Origin: an uncultured Bacillota bacterium
GTDB taxonomy: Bacteria; Bacillota_I; Bacilli_A; RF39; UBA660
Assembly (NCBI GenBank): GCA_948466255.1
Contig: CAOJZV010000005.1
Span: forward strand, 1,155 to 65,154
Length of the DNA: 64,000 nucleotides
Reading direction: 5' to 3'
In this document: one piece after another, positions 20,217 through 30,320 of the stretch
Layout: each line of letters opens with the position of its first letter
Position numbering within the stretch: position 1 is the stretch's first letter
Position numbers and translations under genes: made by a program
Notes under the pieces: generated by a model
What the model saw: the letters and a program-made list of their open reading frames with translations, nothing else
What the model was told of the DNA's origin: nothing
Database searches by the model: none

Positions 20217-21119
20217 TTATTTCTTTCTTAATTTAGATACAAAGAACCCTTCATATAAATCTGTTGGACATATACAAATAGTTCCTGAAATATTAATTGG
20301 TAATAAAGGAATACCTCTAAATAAACCTTCTTCTATAGGTACAATTTCTAAATTATATTTTTTCATAATAAAATCTAAAACCTCTTCATTTTCTTCTTTT
20401 AGAATAGAACAAGTAGAATAAATGATTTCCCCACCTGTTTTTAAATGTTTAACTGCCGATTCTAAAAGTTCTTTCTGAAATTTTATAGAACGATTAACTA
20501 AATCTTCGGTAAAAGTTTCATTTAAATTATCATTAATATTTAAAGTTCCGCTTCCACTACAAGGAGCATCTAATAAAATTTTATCAAAAGTAAAATATTC
20601 ATCTAAATTTCTACCATCTTTTACAACAACACTAATTTTTTTAGACCCTTGTTTTTGAATATTATATTTTAATCTTTCAGTTCTTATTTTATTTTTCTCT
20701 AAAGCCATAATCAAAGCTTTATTGTTAGATAAATTGGCCATTTGTGTAGTTTTTCCACCTGGTGCGGCAGCCATATCTAAAATAGATTCACTTTCTTTTG
20801 GGGAAACAACTAAAGGAGGAATCATAGAAGATAAACTTTGAAAATAAATTAACCCATTCTCATACATCGGAAGTTTTTTAATAAAATCTTCTCTAACATT
20901 TTCAATAATTAAGGCATCCTTATACCAAGAAACATCTTTAAAAGAAACATTTAATTTAGATAACTCTTTTTTTATTTCATCTACTATTGTTTTAGAAGTA
21001 TTAACCCTTAAAGTTACTGGCCTAGCATAAGAATACCCTTTTATTATTTTTTGTACAGTTTCTTCATCATAATCATTAATAAGTTTATTATATAAAAAAT
21101 ATGGAATGTTTTTTTTCAT
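20217..21119 (-). CDS. NOL1/NOP2/Sun-family RNA m5C methyltransferase (short RsmB/RsmF-like)
   Basis: DMAAAPGGKT SAM-binding motif and DAPCSGSG catalytic motif; 300 aa, no NusB domain. Confidence 0.75.
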   Translation of the reverse strand: MKKNIPYFLYNKLINDYDEETVQKIIKGYSYARPVTLRVNTSKTIVDEIKKELSKLNVSFKDVSWYKDALIIENVREDFIKKLPMYENGLIYFQSLSSMIPPLVVSPKESESILDMAAAPGGKTTQMANLSNNKALIMALEKNKIRTERLKYNIQKQGSKKISVVVKDGRNLDEYFTFDKILLDAPCSGSGTLNINDNLNETFTEDLVNRSIKFQKELLESAVKHLKTGGEIIYSTCSILKEENEEVLDFIMKKYNLEIVPIEEGLFRGIPLLPINISGTICICPTDLYEGFFVSKLRKK

Positions 21120-21184
21120 AGTAACTCTCCTTTTACCGAATTATAACATATTTTAAAGTATAGAAAAAGAGTTCATAACGAACT

Positions 21185-23107
21185 CTATTGTTTATCAATT
21201 TTGAAATTAGCCTGATAGCTATTACCTAAATCAATTTCATCAACATCAATTTTATAACCTAATCTTTCGATTTGATCAGCACAATTTCTAATTAAACGAA
21301 TTACTTCAATAAAATTATTATTTGTTGATTCAATAGCAGAAGAATTATTAACATTACTATTCATAACATCTGGAGTTGGGGCTTCTAAAATATCTGAATC
21401 TGGGATGTTGGTCATAACTGGCTCTGGAACTGCTGGAACAACAGATTCTGGAGTTGGTTGAATAGTCTGAGTTACAGGTTCTACCATTTGTATTGGTTCT
21501 GCCGGAACTTCTTCTATCAATGGTTGTTCTGGAATATTAAATGCCTCTGGAGTAATAGGTGCTTGATTTTGAACTAATTCACTATAAAGTGGTGATTGTT
21601 GTCCTTCGCTTTCATTATTTATCAAAGTTTTTGGCTGAATCGTATCCGTTCTTGGCATAACAATTGGTTCTACCACAGACTCCATTGGTTGCTCCTGTGG
21701 AATTGATGATACATTTTCTTGTACAGGTTGAATTACAGGTTCTGGATTTATTGTTTCCACATTAGGAGAAACTATAGATTCTTCTGGTAATTGTGAATTC
21801 ATTGCATTTTTTACTGCTTCCGCAATACTAACTCCCTCTGTTTCCGATAATGTTTCTACTTCAGGTGCTTCATTAGATGTTATTGGTTGTTCTGAAACAA
21901 TATTTTCTACAGGTTTATCTAATTGCTCAGAATTTGGTATAGACTGAGTTACAGTTTCTGTATTAGTTGGTTGTAAGTTAGAAGGTAATTGATTAAATAT
22001 ACTATCAAAACTTGCTTCATCGCTTGCTGGAACACTTGGTGTTTCTACTTTTTGTTTTTCTTCTGGTTGAACAATTCCACTAAAATTAACAAATTTATTT
22101 TGATCATCATTTACCAAAGGAATTTCACTTTCAGTTGATGGTTCTATTTCAGAAATAATTGGTTCTACTGGATTAGTAGGCATCTCAAAAACATTATTGT
22201 CATTTTTCATAAGTTCAGAAATATCTTTATTTTCTTCTGGTACATTAATATCTTGAGCTTCTCTCATAATTTTATCTATATCCATACCCTTTTCATCCTT
22301 TCTCATTAAGTTTTCTTCTATTTCTTTTGGTAAACTAACTCTAATAATTTCATGACTACCTCTAGGAACAGCCTTTTTTGGCTTATTTATTGGTTCATCA
22401 GCCCCAAATAATTCTTCAACTGGTTCTGATTTGATAAAATTTGGTTTCTTTATTTCTTTTTCAGTGATTGTTTCCTTTTCTGGAATAATCACTTCTTTAT
22501 CTTTTTCTAACACATCTCTAATTGCTTCATCTGTTTTCTTAACAGTTAGTCTTTCATTTATAATCCTATTAAGCATTTCTATTTGTTTGTTTCTATCATT
22601 TAACCTTAATAAAGATCTTGCATGTCTTTCTGAAATTTTTCCATTCAAAAGAGCATACTGAACTTGGTCATCCAAATTAAGTAATCTTACTTTATTAGCA
22701 ATTGTAGATTGCGTTTTTCCTAATTTTTCCGCTAATTGAACTTGTGTAATATAACCCATATCTAATATTCTTTTATATGATACAGCTTCTTCAATAGGAG
22801 TTAAATTTTGTCTTTGTACATTTTCAAGTAAAGCTATTTCTTCACTTTCTTTATCATTTAAGTTTATAATAATAGCAGGGATAGTACTTTTATTAGCAAT
22901 TTTACTAGCTTTATATCTTCTTTCACCAGCAATTATTTCATATTTATCACCAATTTGACGAACAACGATTGGTTGAATTACACCATATTTACGAATAGAT
23001 TCAGCAAGTTCATTTAATTTTGTTTCATCAAAATGAATACGTGGTTGAAATCTATTTGGTAAAACATCTTCAATATTTAGTGTATTTAAATTGCCATATT
23101 CATACAT
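21185..23107 (-). CDS. parB: ParB/Spo0J-family chromosome partitioning protein with about 390-aa low-complexity P/E/Q/S/V-rich linker
   Basis: N-terminal ParB box GERRYKAS and HTH; 640 aa (typical ParB about 280 aa); sits at the conserved rsmG-adjacent position; no ParA/Soj gene adjacent. Confidence 0.8.
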   Translation of the reverse strand: MYEYGNLNTLNIEDVLPNRFQPRIHFDETKLNELAESIRKYGVIQPIVVRQIGDKYEIIAGERRYKASKIANKSTIPAIIINLNDKESEEIALLENVQRQNLTPIEEAVSYKRILDMGYITQVQLAEKLGKTQSTIANKVRLLNLDDQVQYALLNGKISERHARSLLRLNDRNKQIEMLNRIINERLTVKKTDEAIRDVLEKDKEVIIPEKETITEKEIKKPNFIKSEPVEELFGADEPINKPKKAVPRGSHEIIRVSLPKEIEENLMRKDEKGMDIDKIMREAQDINVPEENKDISELMKNDNNVFEMPTNPVEPIISEIEPSTESEIPLVNDDQNKFVNFSGIVQPEEKQKVETPSVPASDEASFDSIFNQLPSNLQPTNTETVTQSIPNSEQLDKPVENIVSEQPITSNEAPEVETLSETEGVSIAEAVKNAMNSQLPEESIVSPNVETINPEPVIQPVQENVSSIPQEQPMESVVEPIVMPRTDTIQPKTLINNESEGQQSPLYSELVQNQAPITPEAFNIPEQPLIEEVPAEPIQMVEPVTQTIQPTPESVVPAVPEPVMTNIPDSDILEAPTPDVMNSNVNNSSAIESTNNNFIEVIRLIRNCADQIERLGYKIDVDEIDLGNSYQANFKIDKQ

Positions 23108-23180
23108 AAAGTACCCCTCCCTTCTATTCTTTTATAATTATCATACTATTTTTTGGGAAATATTTCAACAATTTTTGTGA

Positions 23181-23212
23181 ATAAAAAAAAACTTTAGTAA
23201 ATTTTCTAAAGT
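23181..23212 (-). terminator. Rho-independent terminator (minus strand) after rsmG
   Basis: IR ACTTTAG-N8-CTAAAGT followed by a 9-U tract on the minus-strand transcript. Confidence 0.5.
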
Positions 23213-23222
23213 TTTCCTTAAT

Positions 23223-23921
23223 TTATAAAGGTTTTTTCTTTATTTCAGAAAACCTTCTTGGATATTTCCCAGAAGTATTTTGAAGCTTTTGAACCATAAT
23301 AATTGTACGATTACTTTCCTCAATTGGTAATAAAAATTTTTCTTCTTTTAAAATTTTTGAATTTAATATCTTTAAAGCATTCTTACTTTCATTAGTATCT
23401 TCATTTCCTTTTAAAGCAATAAAATATTTAGAATTTTTAACCAAAGGAATAGAATATTCTAATAAAATTGGAAGTGAAGCAACTGCCCTAGCGGTAACAA
23501 CATCAAATTTATCCCTGTTTTTTAACGCATATTCTTCAGCTCTAGCATGAATACATTCCACATTATTTAATTTTAATTCCTCGCAAACTAACTTTAAAAA
23601 GTTAATTCGCTTATTTAATGCATCAACTAAAGTTAATTTTAAATGAGGAAAACATATTTTTAAAACAATTCCAGGAAAACCAGCACCAGTTCCAATATCA
23701 CATAAACTATCTACTTCATTTAAATTAATAACCTTACATAAAGTTAAACTATCATAAAAATGTTTCAAAAACACTTCTTTTTTATCAGTAATTGTTGTTA
23801 AATTAATTTTTTCATTCCATTCAACTAATAATTCATAATATTTTTCTAACTTTTCAAACATTTCATTAGTTAAATCAATACCTAATTTATTAGTTTCTAA
23901 AATAAATAACTCTTTATCCAT
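23223..23921 (-). CDS. rsmG: 16S rRNA (guanine527-N7)-methyltransferase
   Basis: 232 aa; GidB-family SAM motif DIGTGAGFPG; conserved mnmG-rsmG linkage. Confidence 0.9.
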   Translation of the reverse strand: MDKELFILETNKLGIDLTNEMFEKLEKYYELLVEWNEKINLTTITDKKEVFLKHFYDSLTLCKVINLNEVDSLCDIGTGAGFPGIVLKICFPHLKLTLVDALNKRINFLKLVCEELKLNNVECIHARAEEYALKNRDKFDVVTARAVASLPILLEYSIPLVKNSKYFIALKGNEDTNESKNALKILNSKILKEEKFLLPIEESNRTIIMVQKLQNTSGKYPRRFSEIKKKPL

Positions 23922-25782
23922 GGTAATCCCTCTTTAAATAAATCATTAAAATAGATATATCAGCAGGATTAACCCCACTAATACGTAATGCTTGACCTAA
24001 AGAAGTAGGTTTTACTTCTTTAAGTTTTTGTTTAGCTTCACTAGCTAAATTATGCATCGCATCATAATCAATATCTTCAGGTATTTTTTTATCTTCAAGT
24101 TCATTCATTTTAGCTGCTTCTTTCATAGCTTTAGCAATATAACCTTCGTATTGGATTGATATTTCAGCTTGTTCAAGAACATCTTCATCATATTCTTTAG
24201 ATAATAAATGAGTTAATGAATTAATTTTAACTTCAGGTCTTTTAAGTAAATTATATAAACTAAGACCATCTTTAATCTCTGTAGTACCGATACTAATCAA
24301 AAATTCATTATCATTAGGAGTTACTTTTTTATTTTTAAGTTCTTCCATTAATTTTTTGATATTTTCTTTTTTAGTTACAAACTTTTCGTATCTTTCATCA
24401 TCGATCAATCCAACATTATGCCCATATTCTCTAAGTCTCAAATCAGCATTATCATGTCTTAATAATAATCTATATTCTGCGCGAGAAGTAAGTAATCTAT
24501 ATGGATCTCTTATACCTTTGGTAACTAAATCGTCAATTAATACACCAATATAGGCTTCGTCCCTTTTTAAAATCAAAGGATCTTTCCCTTCTAATTTCAA
24601 AGAAGCATTAATACCAGCAATTAAACCTTGACATGCAGCTTCCTCATAACCACTAGTACCATTAATTTGACCAGCAGTGAATAAATTCTCTATTTTTTTA
24701 GTTTCTAATGACCTTTTAAGTTGCGTTGGATAAATAGAATCATATTCAATCGCATAAGCATATTTTAAAATTTTCGCATTTTCTAAACCTGGTAAACTAT
24801 GAACCATTTTTTCTTGTACATCGTAAGGCATAGAAGTAGAAAAACCTTGGACATAAATATCATCATAATATAAACTTTCAGGTTCTAAAAATAATTGATG
24901 TTTTTCTTTATCCGCAAATCTAACCACTTTATCTTCAATAGAAGGACAATATCTAGGACCAATACCTTTAATATCATCAAGTCCACCATACATGCTAGAT
25001 TTATTTAAATTATCATTAATAATTTTATGTGTTTCAGGAGTTGTATAAATTAAATGACAAGGAACTTGAGCATCTATATCATATTGAGGTTCCATATTAA
25101 AACTAAATGTATGATATACACTATCACCATCTTCTACTTTAGTCTTCGAAAAATCAATAGAACTTTTATCAATACGTTGTGGGGTACCCGTCTTTAATCT
25201 TTTAATTTCAAAACCTAATTTAGCTAAATTATCGCTTAAATGATTAGAAGGTTTTTCACCATGAGGACCTTCTCTTCTTCTAGTATCACCAACTAAAATA
25301 TCCGCTTTTAAATAAGTTCCTGTAGTTAAAATAACAGCAGATGAACTAATTTCCTTACCATCTTCTAAAACAACACCTTTAATTTTATCATTTTCAACAA
25401 TTAAATCTTCAACTAAAGCTTCTAAAATATCTAAATTAGCAGTAGATTCTAATGTTTTAAGCATTTCTTTAGGATATGTAATTTTATCTGCTTGAGCACG
25501 AAGAGCACGAACAGCAGGACCCTTACCACTATTAAGCATTTTTATTTGGAGTAAACTTTTATCAGCATTACGCCCCATTTCACCACCTAAAGCATCTATT
25601 TCACGAACAACAATACCTTTCGCACTTCCTCCAATAGAAGGATTACAAGGCATATCTGCAATATTCTTAATATTTCCCGTAACTAATAAGGTTTTATGCC
25701 CTTTTCTAGCAGAAGCTAACGCAGCTTCACAACCTGCATGACCTCCACCTACAACTATAATTTCATAATCCATAAAGTACAC
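23914..25782 (-). CDS. mnmG: tRNA uridine 5-carboxymethylaminomethyl modification enzyme
   Basis: 622 aa; VVGGGHAGCEAA FAD motif; GidA family. Confidence 0.95.
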   Translation of the reverse strand: MYFMDYEIIVVGGGHAGCEAALASARKGHKTLLVTGNIKNIADMPCNPSIGGSAKGIVVREIDALGGEMGRNADKSLLQIKMLNSGKGPAVRALRAQADKITYPKEMLKTLESTANLDILEALVEDLIVENDKIKGVVLEDGKEISSSAVILTTGTYLKADILVGDTRRREGPHGEKPSNHLSDNLAKLGFEIKRLKTGTPQRIDKSSIDFSKTKVEDGDSVYHTFSFNMEPQYDIDAQVPCHLIYTTPETHKIINDNLNKSSMYGGLDDIKGIGPRYCPSIEDKVVRFADKEKHQLFLEPESLYYDDIYVQGFSTSMPYDVQEKMVHSLPGLENAKILKYAYAIEYDSIYPTQLKRSLETKKIENLFTAGQINGTSGYEEAACQGLIAGINASLKLEGKDPLILKRDEAYIGVLIDDLVTKGIRDPYRLLTSRAEYRLLLRHDNADLRLREYGHNVGLIDDERYEKFVTKKENIKKLMEELKNKKVTPNDNEFLISIGTTEIKDGLSLYNLLKRPEVKINSLTHLLSKEYDEDVLEQAEISIQYEGYIAKAMKEAAKMNELEDKKIPEDIDYDAMHNLASEAKQKLKEVKPTSLGQALRISGVNPADISILMIYLKRDYHG

Positions 25783-25872
25783 CTTCTTTTTCCATCTAAT
25801 GTATTATACTATCTTTTCTTTCTTTTAACAATGTTTTATAACAAAGAAAAACTCAAATAATTTGAGATTTTT

Positions 25873-27222
25873 CTATTTTCCTACACAAAAATTTTCAAAT
25901 ATTTGATCAATTAACTCATCATCATAGTTTTCACCAATAATACTTCCAAGTAAATTCCAAATATTTTTCAAATCAATTTCAATCATATCTAAAGTAAAAC
26001 CTTGTTCTAAACCACTATTAACTTCTTTAATAGCTTCGCTTATCTGATTTAAAATAGCTAAACTACGCGCACTACTTAAATAATTGTAATCAGAAGTTTC
26101 AATTTGTTCTAAATTAAATAATTCTTTTATTTTTTCTTTAATACCATCAATATTAATATTTTCAGAAGCACTAACATAAACAGTATTTTTAAGATTTTCA
26201 TCATCGATTTTCTTTTCTAAATCACATTTATTAATAATCGTAATATAATTTTTACCATTTAATTTATTTAAAATCTTTTTATCATCATCCGAAAGTTTAG
26301 AATTATAATCAAGTACTAATAAAACTAAATCAGCTTCATCAATTAATTTTAGACTTTTTTCAACCCCAATACTTTCAACTACATCATCAGTTTTTCTTAT
26401 CCCAGCCGTATCAATTAAGTTCAAAATAAGGTTATCCATGATTAATGTAGCTTCTACACTATCTCTTGTTGTCCCTTGAATTTCCGTAACAATAGCTTTT
26501 TCCTCACCAATTAAATTATTAAGTAAACTACTTTTACCAACATTTGGTTTTCCAATTATAACAGTCTTAATTCCATTCTTTAAAAGCTCACCATTTTTAG
26601 CTTCAGAAATAATTTTATTAACTCTTTTATCTAAATCACTCATACTTACTTTAATTTTTTCCACAGTAATATCTTCGATATCTTCATATTCAGGATAATT
26701 TAAATTAACCTCAATATTAGCTAAAATTAAAGCTAAATTATCTCTTAATTCTTTTATAAGATTAGATGCTTTCCCACCAACTTGATTAATAGCCATTTTT
26801 GAAGCCGTTTCTGTTTTAGCATTAATTAAATCCATAACACCTTCAGCTTCTACTAAGTCAATACGACCATTTAAAAAAGCTCTTTTAGTAAATTCACCAG
26901 GGTCTGCTAGACGGCATCCATTAGAAAGTAATAGTTCTAATACTTTATTTGTTGTAGAGATCCCACCATGAGTATTAATTTCAACAACATCTTCCGTAGT
27001 AAATGTTTTAGGCCCACACATTTTTGTAACTAAAACTTCATCTATTTTTTCCTCACCATCTAATATATATCCATAATGTATAGTGTGACTAGCAACTTCT
27101 TTAAATTTCTTATTAGAAAATAACTTTTCTACTATAGAAAAAGCTTCACTACCACTAACTCTGATAATAGAAATTGCACCTACACCTTGAGCAGTTGCAA
27201 TAGCAGCTATTGTGTCATTCAT
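25873..27222 (-). CDS. mnmE: tRNA modification GTPase
   Basis: 449 aa; G-domain GKPNVGKSSL and C-terminal CxGK tail (CVGK). Confidence 0.95.
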   Translation of the reverse strand: MNDTIAAIATAQGVGAISIIRVSGSEAFSIVEKLFSNKKFKEVASHTIHYGYILDGEEKIDEVLVTKMCGPKTFTTEDVVEINTHGGISTTNKVLELLLSNGCRLADPGEFTKRAFLNGRIDLVEAEGVMDLINAKTETASKMAINQVGGKASNLIKELRDNLALILANIEVNLNYPEYEDIEDITVEKIKVSMSDLDKRVNKIISEAKNGELLKNGIKTVIIGKPNVGKSSLLNNLIGEEKAIVTEIQGTTRDSVEATLIMDNLILNLIDTAGIRKTDDVVESIGVEKSLKLIDEADLVLLVLDYNSKLSDDDKKILNKLNGKNYITIINKCDLEKKIDDENLKNTVYVSASENINIDGIKEKIKELFNLEQIETSDYNYLSSARSLAILNQISEAIKEVNSGLEQGFTLDMIEIDLKNIWNLLGSIIGENYDDELIDQIFENFCVGK

Positions 27223-27252
27223 AAAATCACCTCATATTTCATATATAATACA

Positions 27253-27789
27253 TTATTTTTTTATTTTATTCAAATACCTTTTAAGACCAATATATTTAAG
27301 TATTTCTTTTCCACTTCCTAAAACACCTAAACTAACAAATTTATCTGCAAATGTTACTACCCAGCTTTCAGGATACTTAGGCGGATGGATATTAAGAGGA
27401 AACATATGTCTTAAAATAATATCTGATACTCTTGCATTTACAAATTCTGGGAAATGTTCAATAGAGTTATCCAATGCTTCCCCGGCATGAACAAATCCAT
27501 GTTGTTTAAAAAAGGAATCCTTTTTTTCTAAATTTTCTTGCCATGGCTTATAATAAAAATCATGAAGTAATCCACCAATCGCTGCATCACGACTATAAAG
27601 ACCTAATTTACGACAAATTCTATAAGCCAAATAAGATACTTCTATTGAGTGCTCATAAACAGAACAATCCTCATGATGTTTAAAATTTTTCCTTTTTTGA
27701 AATTCAGGATCTTCTATTATACGCCTAACAATTTCATAATATTTTCTATTTTTTAAAGCTCTATTAACTTTTTTTTGCATCGCCCTCAT
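27253..27789 (-). CDS. HD-domain phosphohydrolase
   Basis: H...HD motifs (HSIEVSY, GLLHDFYYKPW); 178 aa. Confidence 0.55.
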   Translation of the reverse strand: MRAMQKKVNRALKNRKYYEIVRRIIEDPEFQKRKNFKHHEDCSVYEHSIEVSYLAYRICRKLGLYSRDAAIGGLLHDFYYKPWQENLEKKDSFFKQHGFVHAGEALDNSIEHFPEFVNARVSDIILRHMFPLNIHPPKYPESWVVTFADKFVSLGVLGSGKEILKYIGLKRYLNKIKK

Positions 27790-27832
27790 ATAGCACCTCT
27801 AAATATAATTATACCATAAAGAAAAGAAGAAA

Positions 27833-28447
27833 TTAATCTTCTTTCCTTTTTATAACTGTATATCTATTAGGAGTTTCTCCTTCACTTTCAGAATATAATT
27901 TATCAAATTTACTAACTACATTATGAACAATACGTCTTTCATAAGAATTCATAGGATCTAATTTTACTTCTACTCCACTTTTCAGAACATCTTTACAAAT
28001 CTTTTTAATTTCAAAAGATAAGCGTTTTTCTTTACGTGCCTTATAATTAGAAATATCTAAATTAACTTTAAAACCAAAATTACCATATTTTTTTAAACTT
28101 TGTCTTAAAATAGTTTGAATACTATTTAAAGTTCTACCTTCTTTACCAATTAAATAAGCACTGTCATCTGCAACAATAATAACAGAAAAACCATATTCAT
28201 TATCAGTGACTTCAATATTAAATTTAGTTCCCATTTTTGTAGCTAATTCATTTAAAAATTTCTTAATATACTCCTTAACAGAATATTTTGTAGTAACAAC
28301 AGCAGTATATTTTTTACCTTTAAATAAACCACCTTCAGTTTCTTCAAAATAATAATATACTTCTGATGTTGAAACATTTAATTGTTCCAAACATTTATTT
28401 AAAGCTTCTTCTTTATTCTTTGATTCGTTTCTTACCATTTCTAGCAT
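27833..28447 (-). CDS. khpB: RNA-binding protein KhpB/Jag (KH + R3H domains)
   Basis: C-terminal R3H motif NSYERRIVHNVV; conserved yidC-jag linkage. Confidence 0.8.
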   Translation of the reverse strand: MLEMVRNESKNKEEALNKCLEQLNVSTSEVYYYFEETEGGLFKGKKYTAVVTTKYSVKEYIKKFLNELATKMGTKFNIEVTDNEYGFSVIIVADDSAYLIGKEGRTLNSIQTILRQSLKKYGNFGFKVNLDISNYKARKEKRLSFEIKKICKDVLKSGVEVKLDPMNSYERRIVHNVVSKFDKLYSESEGETPNRYTVIKRKED

Positions 28448-29405
28448 CTTTATGCCTCCTTAAAATTAAACTTTGAATAATTGTAAACAAACTTCCAGTT
28501 ATCCAATAAATAATGATACTTGTAGACATTGTGAAAGATACAAAGGTAATAAATATCATCATAATATTCATCATTAACTTCATTTGTTTTTCTTGTTCTG
28601 GATTAGTTCCACTAAGACCTGAATTCATCTTAAATGAGAAGAAAGTTGCAAGTCCAACAGCAAGTGGAAGTAAAATATAAATCCAATTTCCTGTTCCAAA
28701 AGAATCTATAAAATGACTAAATGAGAAACTTGTTCCAAATAAAGCATTAAATGGACTTGTTCCTAAGTTAAATCCAATAAACTTACCCTCAAATACGGCT
28801 GGTATTCTATATAAACTCTCTAAGAAAGCAAAGAATAACGGCATTTGAATAAAGGCAAATAAACATCCAGACATAGGATTAATATTATATTTTTTATAAA
28901 TAGCCATCATTTCTTGAGCTTTCATCATTTGATCTTGTTGAGATTGACGATTACGATATTTGTTTTCCAATTTTTGTAAATCTTTACTTGCGGCTTTCAT
29001 TCCTTCAGATTGTAAAGCAGATTTCTTACTAATTGGGAAAATAATTAAACGTATTAATATCGTTACTAGAATAATTGCTAAACCATAATTTTTAACAAGT
29101 AAACCTATTTGAATAATAAGCCAACTTAAAGGTTTAATAAATATAGTACTCCAAATACCTTCATATCCACCTGAAGCTGGAGTAAATTTTGGACAAGTTG
29201 GTAACTTATCAATATCTACTTCATGTTTTTCATAAGTTTTTATAACATCTTTATTTTCAGGCTGACATAAAATATTGGAAACTAAATTTTGACCATTTGT
29301 AGATTCTTTAACTACTTTTCCATCATCTTTAACATATTGAGTACAACCAGTAAGTGATAAAGTCATTACTAATAAAAGTACTACTATAATTTTTTTGTTA
29401 CGCAT
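28413..29405 (-). CDS. yidC: membrane protein insertase YidC/SpoIIIJ (lipoprotein)
   Basis: lipobox LSLTGC; 330 aa with the YidC/Oxa1 core; conserved rnpA-yidC order. Confidence 0.85.
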   Translation of the reverse strand: MRNKKIIVVLLLVMTLSLTGCTQYVKDDGKVVKESTNGQNLVSNILCQPENKDVIKTYEKHEVDIDKLPTCPKFTPASGGYEGIWSTIFIKPLSWLIIQIGLLVKNYGLAIILVTILIRLIIFPISKKSALQSEGMKAASKDLQKLENKYRNRQSQQDQMMKAQEMMAIYKKYNINPMSGCLFAFIQMPLFFAFLESLYRIPAVFEGKFIGFNLGTSPFNALFGTSFSFSHFIDSFGTGNWIYILLPLAVGLATFFSFKMNSGLSGTNPEQEKQMKLMMNIMMIFITFVSFTMSTSIIIYWITGSLFTIIQSLILRRHKDARNGKKRIKE

Positions 29406-29406
29406 G

Positions 29407-29742
29407 CTAATTCTCCTTTGTTATTTTAATTAAATCTAAAGCTTTAAATAAATTTTCTTCCATTTCACTAAAACTTCGATCTAATATCCCCTTGCCTACT
29501 ATTATAATACATTTAAAGTTATTTTGATAGGCTTTTTTATCAATTATATTTTTTAATCTTCTTTTGTACTTGTTTCTAGTAACAGCATTACCTATTTTTT
29601 TTCCAACAGAAAACCCAAATTTATAAGGTCCTTCAGTACCTTTTTCTACATAAATAATATAATCTTTATATTTAAAAGGTTTATTCTTTTTAATAATACG
29701 GTTAAATTCCTCATTACTTTTTAAAATATTTATTTTTTTCAT
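29407..29742 (-). CDS. rnpA: ribonuclease P protein component
   Basis: 111 aa basic protein immediately downstream of rpmH. Confidence 0.85.
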   Translation of the reverse strand: MKKINILKSNEEFNRIIKKNKPFKYKDYIIYVEKGTEGPYKFGFSVGKKIGNAVTRNKYKRRLKNIIDKKAYQNNFKCIIIVGKGILDRSFSEMEENLFKALDLIKITKEN

Positions 29743-29789
29743 ATTATCACCTGTATATATTTAAAAACCACTGGATAAGCAGTGGCTAA

Positions 29790-29915
29790 TTAACGAGCTA
29801 AAACTTTGCGGCCCTTTTTTCTTCTTCTTTTAATAATATTAGTTTGCATTCTTGCAAAGAAACCCATTTTTTTACTTCTTCTTCTATTATTAGGTTGAAA
29901 AGTTCTTTTTGACAT
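29790..29915 (-). CDS. rpmH: 50S ribosomal protein L34
   Basis: [25 protein letters not shown]...GRKVLAR; the 77-aa ORF in the track is an N-extended version; the true ATG is preceded by AGAGGAGTGA. Confidence 0.85.
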   Translation of the reverse strand: MSKRTFQPNNRRRSKKMGFFARMQTNIIKRRRKKGRKVLAR

Positions 29916-30001
29916 GATATTCACTCCTCTCAGAATAATTTTTTTCGTTGCTTTATTAATTATATAGATAAAAGCCTTATTTGTCAATCTTTTTTTAGTT
30001 T

Positions 30002-30246
30002 TTATCACTTTTCCACATATCAAAATTTACCTAAATAGTCTTATTTTATTTTTATCACAAAATTTTCCACCATATTTTTTAAATATTTTAATATGTTTAT
30101 TCCTTTTTCAACATATGTGGATAACTTTATTTTTATTCTTATTGTTGATAATTACTTTTTCCACATTTACTGTGGAAAAAAGCTATTTTTGATTAAATTT
30201 TCACTATTTTTACCCTGTGGATATCTTTTTTTTAGTTTTTTCCACA
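30002..30246. promoter_or_regulatory. oriC part 1: cluster of at least 7 DnaA boxes upstream of dnaA
   Basis: matches to TTATCCACA/TGTGGATAA: TGTGGATAA perfect at 30117-30125; TTTTCCACA at 30010, 30157, 30238; TGTGGAAAA at 30171; TGTGGATAT at 30216; weaker TTATCAC boxes at 30002 and 30052. Confidence 0.75.
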
Positions 30247-30320
30247 GTTTTTATAGCTTTTTCATTAAAAATAATGTAAAATAATGTTAATAACTTTTAT
30301 ACAATTAGTGGGGGATACTT

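Noticed and set aside
21185-23107. Possibility that the 640-aa ParB-like gene is a fusion artefact of parB plus another gene
   Set aside because: There is a single uninterrupted frame with a ParB N-terminal domain, a low-complexity linker and a short C-terminal tail. No second start or RBS sits inside, and the linker has the compositional bias of a disordered spacer rather than a separate domain.
29790-30023. 77-aa ORF upstream of rnpA
   Set aside because: Only the last 41 codons (29790-29915) are rpmH (L34) with a proper RBS; the N-terminal extension runs into the DnaA-box region.
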